Origin: Camelus dromedarius
Taxonomy: Eukaryota
Length of the DNA: 64,000 nt
Assembly (NCBI RefSeq): GCF_036321535.1
Contig: NC_087437.1
Location: forward strand, 10,976,001-11,040,000
Direction of reading: 5' to 3'
Shown here: in pieces, positions 27,558-40,382 of the stretch
Layout: each line of letters opens with the position of its first letter
How positions within the stretch are numbered: position 1 is the stretch's first letter
Notes under the pieces: model-generated
The model's input: only the letters and a program-made list of their open reading frames with translations
What the model was told of the DNA's origin: nothing
Database searches by the model: none
Program-made: the position numbers and the translations under genes

Positions 27558-27816
27558 CTGGGAGGAAGGGGTGGGAAGGGATAAATTGGGAGTTCGAGAT
27601 TTGCAGATACTACTATATATAAAATAGATAAACAAGTTCCTACTGTAGAGCACAGGGAACTATATTCAATATCTTGTAGTAACTTATGGTGAAAAAGAAT
27701 ATGAAAATGAATATATGTATGTTCATGTATGACGGAAGCATTATGCTATATACCAGAAATTGACATATTGTAAATTGACTATACTTCAATGAAAAAAAAA
27801 ATATATATAAAGAGAA
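27558..27816 (+). mobile_element. 5'-truncated L1 with poly-A
   Basis: gggataaattgggagttcgagatttgcagatac...gactatacttcaat plus A-tail. Perfect 13-bp TSD aaaagcagctata (27545-27557 / 27817-27829). Confidence 0.92.
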
Positions 27817-28279
27817 AAAAGCAGCTATAATTTTGTACTATTTCAGTCATATATACTCACCATAGAAAAGGTAGAATACAGCACAGTAAAAGAAAAAATT
27901 ACTCATAATTCCCATCCAGAAATAGTTACATACCCTGGCTGGTTACTTGCTACATCTCAACTCAGCAAGGTGACAGCACTGTCTTCAAAATTGGGGGACA
28001 CACAAAAGCAAGGCACAAATCCCTCTTTAGACCTGTATGTTGGTGCTAAGGCACAAAGGCTCAAGGGCTCTCAAGGAAGTAATAGAAATGATGGAACCGT
28101 GAACAAAATCCTAGGGCAAAAACTGCTAAGGTGAGTGGTCCCAATAAAAGTGGCCAACATTTAACTAGCACAGCTCTAAGCCACTCATGTTGCAGGCCTA
28201 ACTTTTTATTTTATCCTGCCTGCAAAATAAAAGCCATGATTACTCTCACTTTTAAAAACAGCCCATGAGACTTGGAGGG

Positions 28280-29920
28280 TGTAACAGATGCTCCCATTGC
28301 TTCACTTCATATCTCCTCACCATTTTGGTACTCCCCAGCCTGGCCCCAAATGGCCTGTCCCTGTATCTTTGTGAGAACCACCTTTAGGCTGCAAAAATCC
28401 ACTTTGCCCATGAACATGACAGGCCAGAACCACCTGGAAGTTAACTAACCCCTTGAGAGGTCCTTAACATGTGCCCAACATTGTAGGGTATACATACCCC
28501 AGCTCCCTCACCCGTTGGCTGGGATGACTGTGAGCTGGGTGTTCTATCCCACTTCCCAGAGCTTCCCCGTAGGTTGAAGTGTTAGTTTCCCACTGTGGTA
28601 GCTGGTTTAATAATGCACTCTATTGGCTGCTTCTATAGACTGAATGTTTGTGTTCCCCCAAAATTTACATGTTCAAACTTCATCCCCAGTGTGATGGTAT
28701 TTAGAGGTGGGGGTGTGCTTTGGAAGGTGATTAGGTCATGAGGGTGTATTAGTGCTCTTATAAAAGCGACCCTACACTTGGAACAACATGGATGGACCTA
28801 GAGATTGTCATTCTAAGTGAAGTAAATCAGAAAGAGAAAGAAAAATGCTATATGATATTGCTTATATGTGGAATCACAAAAAAGAACACAAATGAACTAT
28901 TTATTATTTATGACTTAGACGATTGAGTTCTTGAATATGTGTAAGCACATTTGACTGTCTTTATGACCAGATTACTACATTCTGTTGGTTCTTTTTTTTT
29001 AAGTTGTTTTTTCTTTTTATTTATTTTTTTGAAGGGGGAGGTAATTGGGTTTATTTTTTATTTTTAAGAGGAGGTACTGCAGATGGAACCTAGGACCTGG
29101 TGTATACTAAGCATGTGCTCTGTCCTTGAGCTATACCCTCCCACTTTGTTGATTCTTATTTTGTGGTTGGCTTTATTCCTTTGATAACTATGTAAGTTTA
29201 AAAAGCTAAAGCTCTAAACTGTTCTTAGAAACAATGAACAGTACATATATGTATATTTTTAAATGGAATTTAAAAAATAAAATGAAATAAAATAAAATAA
29301 AATAAGAGACCCTAGTTACAAACTTCCAGTTATAAGATAAATAAGTCATGGGGATGTCATGTACAGCGTGGTGACTACAGTTGACAATACTGTCTCGTAT
29401 GTTTGAGAGTTGCTAAGAGATTAGATCTTAAAAGTTCTCATCACAAGAAAAATTGTCACTACATGTGGCAATGAATGTTATCCGAACTTATTGTGATAAT
29501 CATTTCACAATATACACACATATCAAATCATTATGCTGCACACCCCAAGGACAATGCTGTATGTCTATTATACCTCATTAAAAAAAAAAAAAAAAAAAAA
29601 ACAGGCCTTAGCGATCTCCCTTGCCCCTCCTGCCCTGTGAGGACATAGCGAGAAGGTAGCATCTATGACCCAGGAGCAGGCTCTCGGCAGACACGGAGTC
29701 TGCAGGCGCCTTGATCTTGGACTTCTCAGCCTCTAGAACTGTGAGAAATGAGGTCCTGCTGTTTACAAGTCACCCAGGAAATGGGGTCTGTTAGAGCAGC
29801 ACGGGTGACTAAGACGGCTACCTTCCCCCCTTTCCCTGGCCTGTCCCTGCACCTCCCAAGTGACTGACTGCCCCGACCCCTCATCTGGGGGTCGGCTTCT
29901 GCGGGGACTGGGCTCCAAGA
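28280..29920 (+). mobile_element. ERVL LTR16-like element split by an MLT1A-like LTR (28631-29816) that carries two L1-type inserts and a SINE
   Basis: LTR16-like motifs on both sides. MLT1A termini ttctatagactgaatg...gactaagacg with 5-bp TSD gct(g/a)c. L1 3' motifs at 28775-28900 and 29315-29601. Minus-strand SINE at 28994-29146. Confidence 0.75.
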
Positions 29921-31574
29921 AAGGGGTGAGGGGTGGGCAGCCTGCCAAAGGCGGTACGGGGAGAGACAGAGCCAAGGTTGGAAGTGTGAGGTCTCTCTGG
30001 AGCCAGCTCCTGTAACGTCTAAGATGAATTGCTTCCCCCAACTGGGGCCCCCATGGGGCTGGCAGAGATCAAAGGGGTGGAAGGAGGAGGGGGCGTTCTC
30101 AGGCCCCATCATAGAGGCCCTGCTGCTCAGCCCGCAGAAGTCGCCAGCACCTTCCAGGCTCTCCCAGCACAGGAGACATTCCCAGTCAGCCTTTGTCACA
30201 CACTCGTCAGACCACACGTTGACCTTTTGTCTGTCAAACGAAGCTACTGGTCCTGGCCTTCCTAAGCTCAGTCCGCGGTACCCAGACACCCGGAGTCGGG
30301 CAGCCAGAGGTGCGCAGTGGCCTGAGGCTCACACCTAGGCTGCGGGCTGCTGCTTGGGGCAGGAGCAAGGCTGTCTTTGTTCCTGAAGGGCGTTCCTCTT
30401 GCCTTGGGCTGGCAGAAGCCCGGGCTTTGCCCTCCCTGTGGCAGATGGGCAGAAAGTTTGGGCAGTCTGCGAGCCTGGCACACAGCCCCAGAGGACACAC
30501 AAATGTCTTTGTGGTGGATGCCAGGGCTGAACCGTGCCACAGAGAGCCATGTGATGTCCTTTAGAAAAAATGAGGCATCTTTCCTTTCAAAGGAAAACCC
30601 ACATTTCAGAACCACTAGGGAGTAAGCCGCTGACAACATGAAATCACTATCCTTTGTCCCCCTGGGACTGAGAATGAGGTTGCAAGTTTCTCAAGAAAAG
30701 TATGTGATTCTTTTCTATAAGGCATGATTCATTCCAGAAAAGTCCACTTTGTTCTCCCAGTAACATTAGGGAATTAGAATCAGTATTTTGAACGTACAAA
30801 CTGGAGCAGCGTCCCCTGTGAGCACATAAGAGAAAGAACCCAATTCTGTAAGAATCTGTGATGTGGGAGGGATGATGGGGTTCAGAGTTTTCCTGAGCAT
30901 CATTACTATCTTGGATTGTGGGAAGAACCATTTTATGTAAAAATCTCTATTTTACATGCAAATCTGCTTTAACCCTTGTCCTGACCACGTGGGTGGTCCC
31001 CTGAAATCTGTCGTGGCTGCGGCTCATCTGGATTTGCAGGAAGGACCCAGGTCTGCCTGGAGCAGTAGGCAGCCCTCCGCTCAGAGGCCAGCATGCTACC
31101 TGGGCTCTCCTGGAGCCAACCCCTTTCAGGATGACCTCAGCTGCAGGACACCAACCCTTCTTCCCAGGAGAGGCCACCTCCCCAGGCAGGTCCCAGCAGC
31201 CAGACTCCTTCCTTTCTCCCCACTGCATGGTCCTCTCCGGCTCTTGGCAGCTTCCCAGCTGCTCAAGCTGAGCACGGTCCTCCCAGCTTCCCTGTCCTCA
31301 CCGCCCTTTAGAAAAGCCCACTTTTCACAGGATGCTCTTACCACCAATTGCAAGGAGATGGAGTCGGAGAAAGACCAACAAGCACAGAAAAGATTTTGTT
31401 TAAAAATCATAAAATGGCAGAATTTTGAGGGTTAAATGAGATTATATACAGAAAGTATCTAACCCAAGGAAGTAAAAGAAGTAGAATTGCCAGATTCTAA
31501 TATGGGCCATGCCTAGCTGAGCTGTTTCATTAACAATGGCCAATATTCTCAGTATTCCCACACTCGGGGGCTAA

Positions 31575-32005
31575 CTCAGAGATGTCCACAAGAAATATGA
31601 TGCAGTTTTTTGGGGGGAGGGGCAATTAGGTTCTTTTTTTTTTTTAATGGAGGTACTGGGAATTGAACCCAGGACCTCATGTATGCTAAGCATGTGCTCT
31701 ACCACTGAGCTATACTCTCCCTTTTAAAGAAATATAATGCAAATCACAGACGTAATAAAATGTCCAGCAACCACATTAAAAAAAAGAAAAGGAAACAGGT
31801 AAAATTCACTTTAATAACATATTTTTTAACCAAATATTATCATTTTAATATGTAATCAATATAAAAATTATTGAGATCGTTTGCAATCTTTTTTCCATAT
31901 GAAGCCTCTGAAGCCTGATATGTATTTCACACCGAGAGCATGTCCCAGTTCAGTTCAGACTGTCCAGACGTCGAGAATGACTGTCATACTGGACACCTTG
32001 GGTCT
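31575..32005. mobile_element. MER33-like hAT-Charlie element interrupted by a minus-strand SINE (31605-31722)
   Basis: gaaacaggtaaaattcactttaataacatatt...atgtaatcaatataaaaattattgagat. TSD agaaatat(g/a)atgca (31591-31604 / 31728-31741). Confidence 0.7.
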
Positions 32006-32696
32006 AACTTGTCTTATTTTATTTCTCTGCCCTGCAAGATGAGAACTCTAACCACTCCCATTTTACAAACAGGGAAGCTGAGGCTAAGAATTGTTCAATA
32101 ACTTGTCAGAGTTCATCAGCAATGAGCAGTGGTTTTACCATTAGACAGAGTCCCATTTGAATCCTGGTTTTTGCTGCTTCTGACTTCCATGGTAGGCTGC
32201 TTCAAGTCTCCCAGCCTCAATTTCCCCATAATTGAAGTAAAAGAGAAAAAAATAACATCTGCTATTCAATTGCAAGGATCAGAGATCATGTACAAGGAGG
32301 CCTGTCACGTGGCCAGCACATAAACAAAGTTGAATAAATTTTGGCTATTTGGGTAGAAAGGATGAGGCAGAAGACCTCCACTCAGGACAAAGGAATAACT
32401 GCCTCCCTGGGTCTGTGAGCCTAAAATGGGCACATCCCCTCCTTGTCAATCTTTCCTCTGTGCCCCACGCCCTCAGCATCCTCAAGCATCCCCTTGGCTG
32501 CCACAGACCAGGACTGCCCAGCCCACCAGCACCTGCCTCCCAGGAAGCCCCTCATTCCTCCCCTGGGACCCAGGAATCTCTCCCAGCCCCTGTTTTTTTT
32601 CCCTTGTGAAACATTTGCTTTTTACTGGGTGACCATTAAGCCAATGGAATCTCAATATGTCTAGTCACGTTATGTATTACTGCAGAAGAATGACCG

Positions 32697-33240
32697 TACT
32701 CAGCCATAAAAAAGCATGAAATAATGCCCTTTGCAGCAACATGGATGGACCTAGAGATGATCATTCTAAGTGAAGTAAATCAGAGAAAGACAAATAACAT
32801 ATGCTATCACTTAAATGTGGAATCTAAAAAAAGACTCAAATGAACTTATTTACAAAATAGAAACAGACTCACAAACATAGAAAACAAACTTACGGTTACC
32901 ACAGGGGAGAGTGAGGAGGGATACACTGGGAGTTTGGGATTCACAGATACAAACTACTATATACAGAATAAATAAACAACAAGTTTCTACCAGATAGCAC
33001 AGGGAACTATATTCAATTGCTTCCAATAACCTAAAATGGAAAAGAATATAAAAAAGAATATGTATTTATATATAACTAAATCACTATGTTGTACACGAGA
33101 AACTAACATAATATTGTGAATTGACTGTACTTCAATTAAAAGAGAAAGTAGAGGAGGTGACAGCTCAGTGGTAGAGTGCCTGCCTAGCATGTACACGGTC
33201 CTGGGTTCAATCCCCAGTACCTCCACTTTAAAAAAAATAA
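32697..33240 (+). mobile_element. L1 3' portion with a SINE (about 33150-33240) at its tail
   Basis: tactcagccataaaaaag...gcagcaacatggatggacctagag...gactgtacttcaattaaaa, then agctcagtggtagagtg...gggttcaatccccagtacctcc. Confidence 0.9.
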
Positions 33241-33829
33241 AAGAGAGAGAGAGAGAGAAAGAAAGGATTACCATGAAACTCAGTGGCTTAAAGCAACGTT
33301 TATTTTGCTCACAAATCTGCAACTTGGACATAAATTCAACTGCCAAGTTTCAGAGGTGTTCTGTGCATCTATTTGGTGCCAGGCACTCTGCAGATCTGTG
33401 AACATGGGAATGACTCTAAGTCCCTGACTCTTGGGAGCCAAGAATCTGGTGGCAGCCCTCCCACAGAGCTGCCTGCCAACTCCCCCTCCAGCAGCCATTC
33501 TGCTCCCTGTGGAGGTCATGCCTCAGAAATCCCGGGTCCATTTGTGGGCTGGGGGTTTTCATCCAGGTAACAGCAGTGTCTGTACTTCCAGGGACTTGCA
33601 AGCCCTGGAGGGAGGAGGGGAGAGAGGACTGTTGTGTCCTGTTGTGTCGAGAGGGTCTGGGTGGGACATCCGTTTCAGAAAGATATCCACAAGAATTCCC
33701 ACTAAGTGATTTCATTTGAATCCTGAAGCTGGATATGTATTTTTTTTAAACTTAAGAAACCTTCACTGTGTTCCTGAGAGAGTAAATCCTAAGAGTTCTC
33801 ATCACACAGAAAGTGATACGGAACAAGAC

Positions 33830-34280
33830 AATCATGGATTGTGACAAGCTCTCTGAAAGAATAAAGAGGGTGATGAAACAGTGACTGGTGAAGGGAGGGC
33901 TTCTCGGGGGAGGTGACATCTTTAAGAGACACTGAACTGAACGAGACAATAATCCAGCCAAGTGGGGATCCTCTTGGATTGAGGGGAAATAAGTGTAAAC
34001 ACCTGAAAGAGGGGAAAGGCTTAGAATGTCCAAGCGAGAGAAAAAGCAACAGAACGAAAGGAAACACAGTGTGAGAGGAGACTGGAGGGCTCAGGAGCTG
34101 TTGGTCCCAGAGCAGAACGTTTGAAGTTGACATTGGTCTTGCCCAGTCAAAGCTGTGAGGGGGGATGGATGCTGGGGAGGGGGTGAGTTACTGACAGGCT
34201 GGGGTCCTGAGAGACCCTGATGTGGTGTTGACATTACCGAGAATGGGGGCAGAAGTGAAAAGGAGAGGAAGACAGTAAGC
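33830..34280 (-). mobile_element. L2 LINE fragment
   Basis: gggcttctcggggggaggtgacatctttaagagacactgaa... purine-rich L2-like text. Confidence 0.55.
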
Positions 34281-36144
34281 CGGGAGATTAAATCCTCAAT
34301 CAGTAAAGTGCAGCAGGAAGGCAGCTGGTTGATGGCCTCGGGGAGTGATGCCAAGGGGCAGAGCTGTCCAGACCTTCCAAAGTCTTTGAGGTCTCTGAGA
34401 GAGAAAGGAGGTGGAATGGTTTGGCCAGCGCTCTGGGGAGCAACATGGGCACTGATTTCCCCTCTTGGACATTTTTGCAATGCCTAGGAAATAGTCTGGA
34501 ATGATACGCACCAACCTAGACGCACAGAGCTCGGTGTGTGGACCTACATTAGGGAGGGACGGAGATTTTCTCTCTTGACTCATACACTTGTGTTTTGTTC
34601 CTTTGTTTTTAACAATGAATGTATATGCATGATTTGTGCATTTTTAAAACAACGATGACAAAAAATAAGATTAATGGGGGGGCGGGAAGCAACATAAATA
34701 GGACACCTCTCCCCACATGACTATTAACAGAAGAATCTTCACAGGCGATAACAGGCCTCAGGGTATATGAGGTCATAGTGCAGGGTCCCCATGAAATCAG
34801 CCACTGGACTTCTCTGATGGGGCAGCTGTGCTCCTCTTCCGGGTCACCATTCCAACACCAGAAATGAGCCATCAGAAACTACAATGGGTCCAAGAGGGGC
34901 CACTAGCATTGATCGAGTATTTCAAGATAGTCTCAAAATTTTAAGGAGGGCTCATTGTAAGTCTATCATCTTAAAGCTTATCCTGACAAGATTAAAAAGA
35001 ATTATGCTTTGATGGTTTCAAAAGGGATTTTGTGAAATGTCAGATGCTTCTGAGTCAGTCTCTATTAAAGTGCAGTATCTCTGGGTGGTGGCTTGTCCTC
35101 AGTCCCCTGTTTGCCCTCCCCTCTGGGGTGATTCCTTTGTGGGTTCCCAGGGGAACATTCCAGAACTGTCTCAGTGCCAGAATCTCTAAGGAGCCCACTC
35201 CAGGTGCAGAGCCTCTGGGTGGAGTTTGTGGTTTAGGGCGGTTTGGTTCTTGCCTGCAGGTGGTTGATGATCCTTGGGCAGGCTTTGGCTCCACTCCCAG
35301 GGCACTGGCTTCACAAGGCCGCTCTGACCCTGCCCCAAATGGAGGGGATGGAGATCTCGGTGGGTGGGGCCCGGGAACCTCCATACTTTTAACCATGATT
35401 CTTCTGCACAGTCAAGTTTGAGAAATATTGACGTAGGGGCTTGATTGAGGCTGTGAAGGGTAATTTCAGAGGGATCCCATTCATGAGATGCCCTGCCTCC
35501 TTCCTGGGCTTGTAGCTGGACAGATGCCATTCCTGAAATTAAATTATATACTTAATAAATATAAAGACGTAAGGGAAATTATCAGGCCAGTGCATTCATT
35601 GCTGCATTGTCAATGAAGTTAGACCATTTTCTAAAATAAGCTGAACTGAAACACAGCATATCTGTTTTGTTGAGTTTTGCATGAAATTATGGATTAAAAA
35701 AATTTTTTTTATCAAGTTAAGAAAAATTCAACTCTCAAACCCTTGATTGTTTTGAACCCTGGCATTTAAACTTTAGTCCTCATACCCTGTCCTGAAGTCC
35801 AACGGCTAAATCTGAAAAACAATGCCACGTGCTCTCCTGTACACAAACTCAGGATATTTGGTCGTCCTTAAAATAAAGCAGGAAACCCAGGCACATGGCG
35901 CAGAATCAGATCTCGGCTATTACAGAGCCTTGTTTGTGGAGCAAAGGAAAAAAAAACCATTGCATGCTTTATTACACTTCAGAATCTATTTACCACTGCT
36001 TGCTCATTCTGAGTTTGGATTTTCCTTTGAAATAAAAAGCACTGTAATAAAAAATCAGAGAGAAGGGCACTGTGTTGAAAGAATGGCAATGGAACTATAA
36101 AAAATAAAATAAAATAAAATAAAAGTCATACTATTGTTGTTCTT

Positions 36145-36850
36145 TCAGATTCATTCAATATTCACTTAAGAAAAAAAAAAAATCAGGATCCAGGCCAGGT
36201 TCTAGGCACTGGACCACAGCAGCAAATGAAACTAAATAAGCATCCTTGTTCTCCTGGAGCTTTTATTCTAGTTGGGAAGGAGATAAATAAACAAAATAGA
36301 ATGTCCTGTGGTGAGAGATGCTATAAAGAAAAAGAAAGTAGGTCTGGGGGTAGAGGAGGGGACAGGGGTGTTTTTTTTGGTGGGGGGAGGGGGTTACTAT
36401 GTTTAGGTGGACCAGTCAGGGCGTTTGAGCAGACACCAGCAGGAAGTGAGAGAGTGAGGCAGTGGGGAGCCTGGGGGGGGGGGGGCGGGTCTGCCCTTGC
36501 AGCCCGTCAGTAAGGGCAAGGCCTGGAGGCAGAAGTGTGTTTGGTGCATAAGTGGAGCAGCTAGGAGACCAGAGTGGCTGCAGTAGGGTGAGCAAGAAGC
36601 AGGAGATGAAATCAGACAGGTGGCTGGGAATGCCAGATCACAGGGGACCGTGCAGATTTAGATTCAGATTTTGTTCCAAGCTGGAAAGCCACTGGAGGGT
36701 TTTGAGCAGAGAAGCCACCCGATGTGATTTAGGAATTGTAGATCAGTTGGAGGCTACAGGTGGAAGCAGAGAGGCTAGGGAGGAGGCCACTGCCGGAATC
36801 CGGGTGAGCGGTGATGCCAGCTGGCCAGGAGGGTGGCTGTGAAGGGGGTG
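36145..36850 (-). mobile_element. L2 LINE 3' fragment
   Basis: ttcattcaatatt...gttctaggcactgg...ggagcttttattctagttggg...gccactggagggttttgagcag. Confidence 0.75.
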
Positions 36851-39576
36851 GGTGTTGCACCCCTGTTTTGCTTCCTCTTGGTTGTCAACTAAAGAGCTGA
36901 CAAAGAGCTCTAATTCCTCTATAAAGACAGGACGCGAAGCAAGCCCACGTAGTTACTGAGCCCCAATCTATTTAGGTGCGTCTTCTAACCTGCCCACTTC
37001 TGCTGCCTTCCAGTCCTTCCAAGACCAAAGTCTCCAGGTGGCAGGGGCCACACTGCCCCATCCAGATTCTCCCTTCTTTGCCAGGGGGAGCAATGTCACC
37101 CCCGAGACCTTTCCTTGGGGAGATTCTCCTGACTTCTCTGCTCTCTATTCCTTGAGTTTTGGGGGCCAAATTCTCCTTGCTCTTGGGGAAAACACTCTTA
37201 ATAGGCATATAATTTATGGATATTTGAAAGGACAGAGAACTCAGTTCAGGAAGCCAGTTTACCTAGAACAGTAATGACTATGACCAAAGGTAGGAAAACC
37301 TTCTCCTAAAATCCCAACATCTGCATGTTTACAAAAGCTAATAAATGAAACTTGTAGCCCACCCTCCCAGGGATGCTCATCTGGGAAAACAGGCTCCCTG
37401 AAGACTGCTGCTAAGACATAATCTCCCCGTGGAACTTGAGGTGTAGACAGGAGATGTTTGGGGCCAAGGAAGAATGTGAGGAGATGCCTCGTTAATACCA
37501 CTAGGCAGTTGCCCTTCTCATCCGCTTCCTCCCTTCCTTCACTCACTCATTTATTGACCCATTCATTCATCCATCAGATGTACTGGTTCCCTACTATGTG
37601 CCAAGCACAGTGCTGAGCGCTGGGGCACAGAGACTTAAACATAAAAGTGAGAACCAGACAAATTCTTACATCAAAGGAACTTGCACAGTTGGAACCCCAG
37701 CTTTTATTCCTTGCCTGATAGGTGGAGGGGCTGTGATGCCCAGAACAAACATGGGCCCCACTAAGATCAAGGCAACAGAGTCTCTGAGGCCTGCCTCCAG
37801 TCTCTGCCCACCTCCCCTCCTCTGCCCCTCCCCCCAACCTCCCCCCTCCCCTCCCCCTACCTGACCCTCCCACAGCTCTCCCTCCCTCCCCCCTCTCTGT
37901 CCTCTGCCCCATTTCTCTCTCCAAACACATAGATATATCTCTGAAATACTCAAGCCCAGGGCCATCCCGATCTTAACTCTTAAATTGAAGCAGAAGGAAT
38001 TAAAATTATATGGAAAGAACTTTCTGACCCAGAGTCTGAGCCCCGGAAGGTGGCTTGTGTATTCACTGGCTTAAAGTATTTTTTAAATGCTCATCATGTA
38101 ACTGTGAAGAGAAAAAAAAATTCAGGATGCAAATGTATACATACAGAATGATCCCAATTTGGTAAAAATAATATATTGAATCACAAACACATATATATAA
38201 GGAAAATACTGGAATCAAATGGAACTCCATGTTTTTGCCGTTATCTCATGATAGTGGATTTATGGGAGAACTTTTCTGTTTTCTGTATCTATTCTTCCTT
38301 TGCTAAATCTCGTGTGCTGAGTGTGTATTGCCTCTATTATTCAAAAGTAACTTTTTGAAAAATCGGGTTTCAATTATGGCTACCATTGACCTAGTGCCAT
38401 TTACTGAAACTTCAAAAAAAGTTCCATAGGGACCTTTAGAAAGTGGCTGCTAAGTTCCAGTGAATTCTCAACGACAATCTTGAGCCCATCTTCGTTTGAG
38501 AGAGGAGAACCTGAGCCCCAGTAAGCAGGGCCCATGGGGGTCAGAATAAGGACGTGTGCTCAGGCGCACTAGCAGGTGTTGGCAGATCACACTGGGCGGC
38601 TGCTGAAAACGCAGATTGCCGACGCGGCTGGTCCAGGGGCCGCACGGGAGCAGCGGGTCTGGGGTCGGAGCCCTGCATCAGGATGCTGGCTCTTAAGACT
38701 GTCGCCGGGAGACACTAGGTCCCTTGCCTCTCTGTGTCTCAGTTTCCTCACCTGTAAATCAGGAATATTCTTTTCTACCTCGGGGGGTGGTTATGAAGAT
38801 AAATGAGAAGATGATGTCTGTAGGGCATCTCGCACAGTGCGTGGTCACCGTGCGTTATTGAAAAACGTGGGACACTTTTCACAGACCCAGGGCTTGCTCC
38901 CCGGGTTACACCATACCCACTCTTCAATACCCGCCAGCCTTCCTGGAATCTATCAATGCCTCTCTTATTCCAAGTGCCCCAAGCACAGTCTCAACTCACC
39001 CACACGTAGATGTAAATATTGTCTAAGGGGCCTCTGTTTGCAAGAAGGCCCAGGGAAATACTAGGTCTTTCTTTGCTGGAGAAACTCACTTTGCGTTTTT
39101 TTTTTTTGTTTTTTTTTTTAAGGTAAGGGATCTTTGGTTGAAATGTTTGCTTGGGGTGGGGTTGGGGGAGATGGGAATTAAAATTTATGTTCCTGAACCC
39201 ACCAAAATAATTTTCTGTGAAAATTTCGGTTTTAAAAATTAGTGCAAAGAACCTTGGAGGAAGAAAAGAAGAAAGAGTTGTGGGTTTTTTGTTTACTTCA
39301 TAGAGGCTTCAAGGGGTTTCCTCTTACAGAGATGTAAGGAGGGGCGGTGTAGAGAAGATCCAGGGAGAGAGGCCCCATTCGTTCACAAAGCCCCTCGCCC
39401 CCTGTGCCGCCCCTTCTCTAAGGTCTTACTTTGGGTGGGCTGGGGCTTCCTGAGCAAATGCGGCTTGTCTCGCTTGCTCAGGTAAATCCAAACACGGAGG
39501 AAAACCAAGTTAGGAGGGGCCAAAGGCCATTCACCTGAGTTTTGTTTTCCCTTTTGCCCTGGTAAAGATGGATGGA

Positions 39577-40382
39577 CACTGGTCAGAATGGCCATCATTA
39601 AAAAGTCTACGCATAATAAATGCTGGAGAGGGTGTGGAGAAAAAGGAATCCACTTCTACTGTTGGTGGGAATGTAAATTGGTGCGGCCACTCTGGGGAAC
39701 AGGATGGAGGGAGGTTCCTTAACAAACTAAAAATAGACTTACCATATGGTCCAGCAATCCCACTCCTGGGCATATATCCAGAGAAGACTAATTTGAAAAG
39801 ACAGCATGCACTCCAATGTTCACAGCAGCACATTTACAATACCTAAGACATGGGAACAACCTAAATGTCCATCAACAGATGACTGGATAAAGAAGATGTG
39901 GTATATATGTGTGTGTGTGTGTACACACACAACGGAATACTACTCAGCCATAAAAAAGAATGAAATAATGCCATTTGCAGCAACATGGATGGACCTAGAG
40001 ATCATCATTCTAAGTGAAGTAAGTCAGACAGAGAAAGACAAATATCATATGATATCACTTCTATAATGAATCTTAAAAAAATTATATAAATGAAGTTATT
40101 TACAAACTAGAAATAGACTCACAGACATAGAAAACAAACTATAGTTACCAAAGGGGAAAAGGGTTGAGGGGATAAGTTAGGAGTTTGGGATTCACAGATA
40201 CACACCACTATATATAAAATAGATAAAAGACAAGGACTCAGCACAGGGAACTACAGTCAGTATCTTGTGATAAGCTATAATGGAAAAGAGTATATATATA
40301 TATATGTATAACTGAATCCCTTTGCTGCACACTTGAAACTGACATAACACTGTAAATAAGCTATACTTCAATTAAAAAAGAA
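39577..40382 (+). mobile_element. 5'-truncated L1 (ORF2 C-terminal Cys-rich remnant plus 3' UTR)
   Basis: Reads MAIIKKSTHNKCWRGCGEKG...CWWECKLV, then frameshifts, then IMPFAATWMDLEIIILSEVSQ. TSD aa(a/g)gatggatgga (39564-39576 / 40383-40395). Confidence 0.93.

Noticed and set aside
39531..40066. ORFs with L1 ORF2-like peptides
   Set aside because: Frameshifted remnant of a 5'-truncated L1, not a functional gene.
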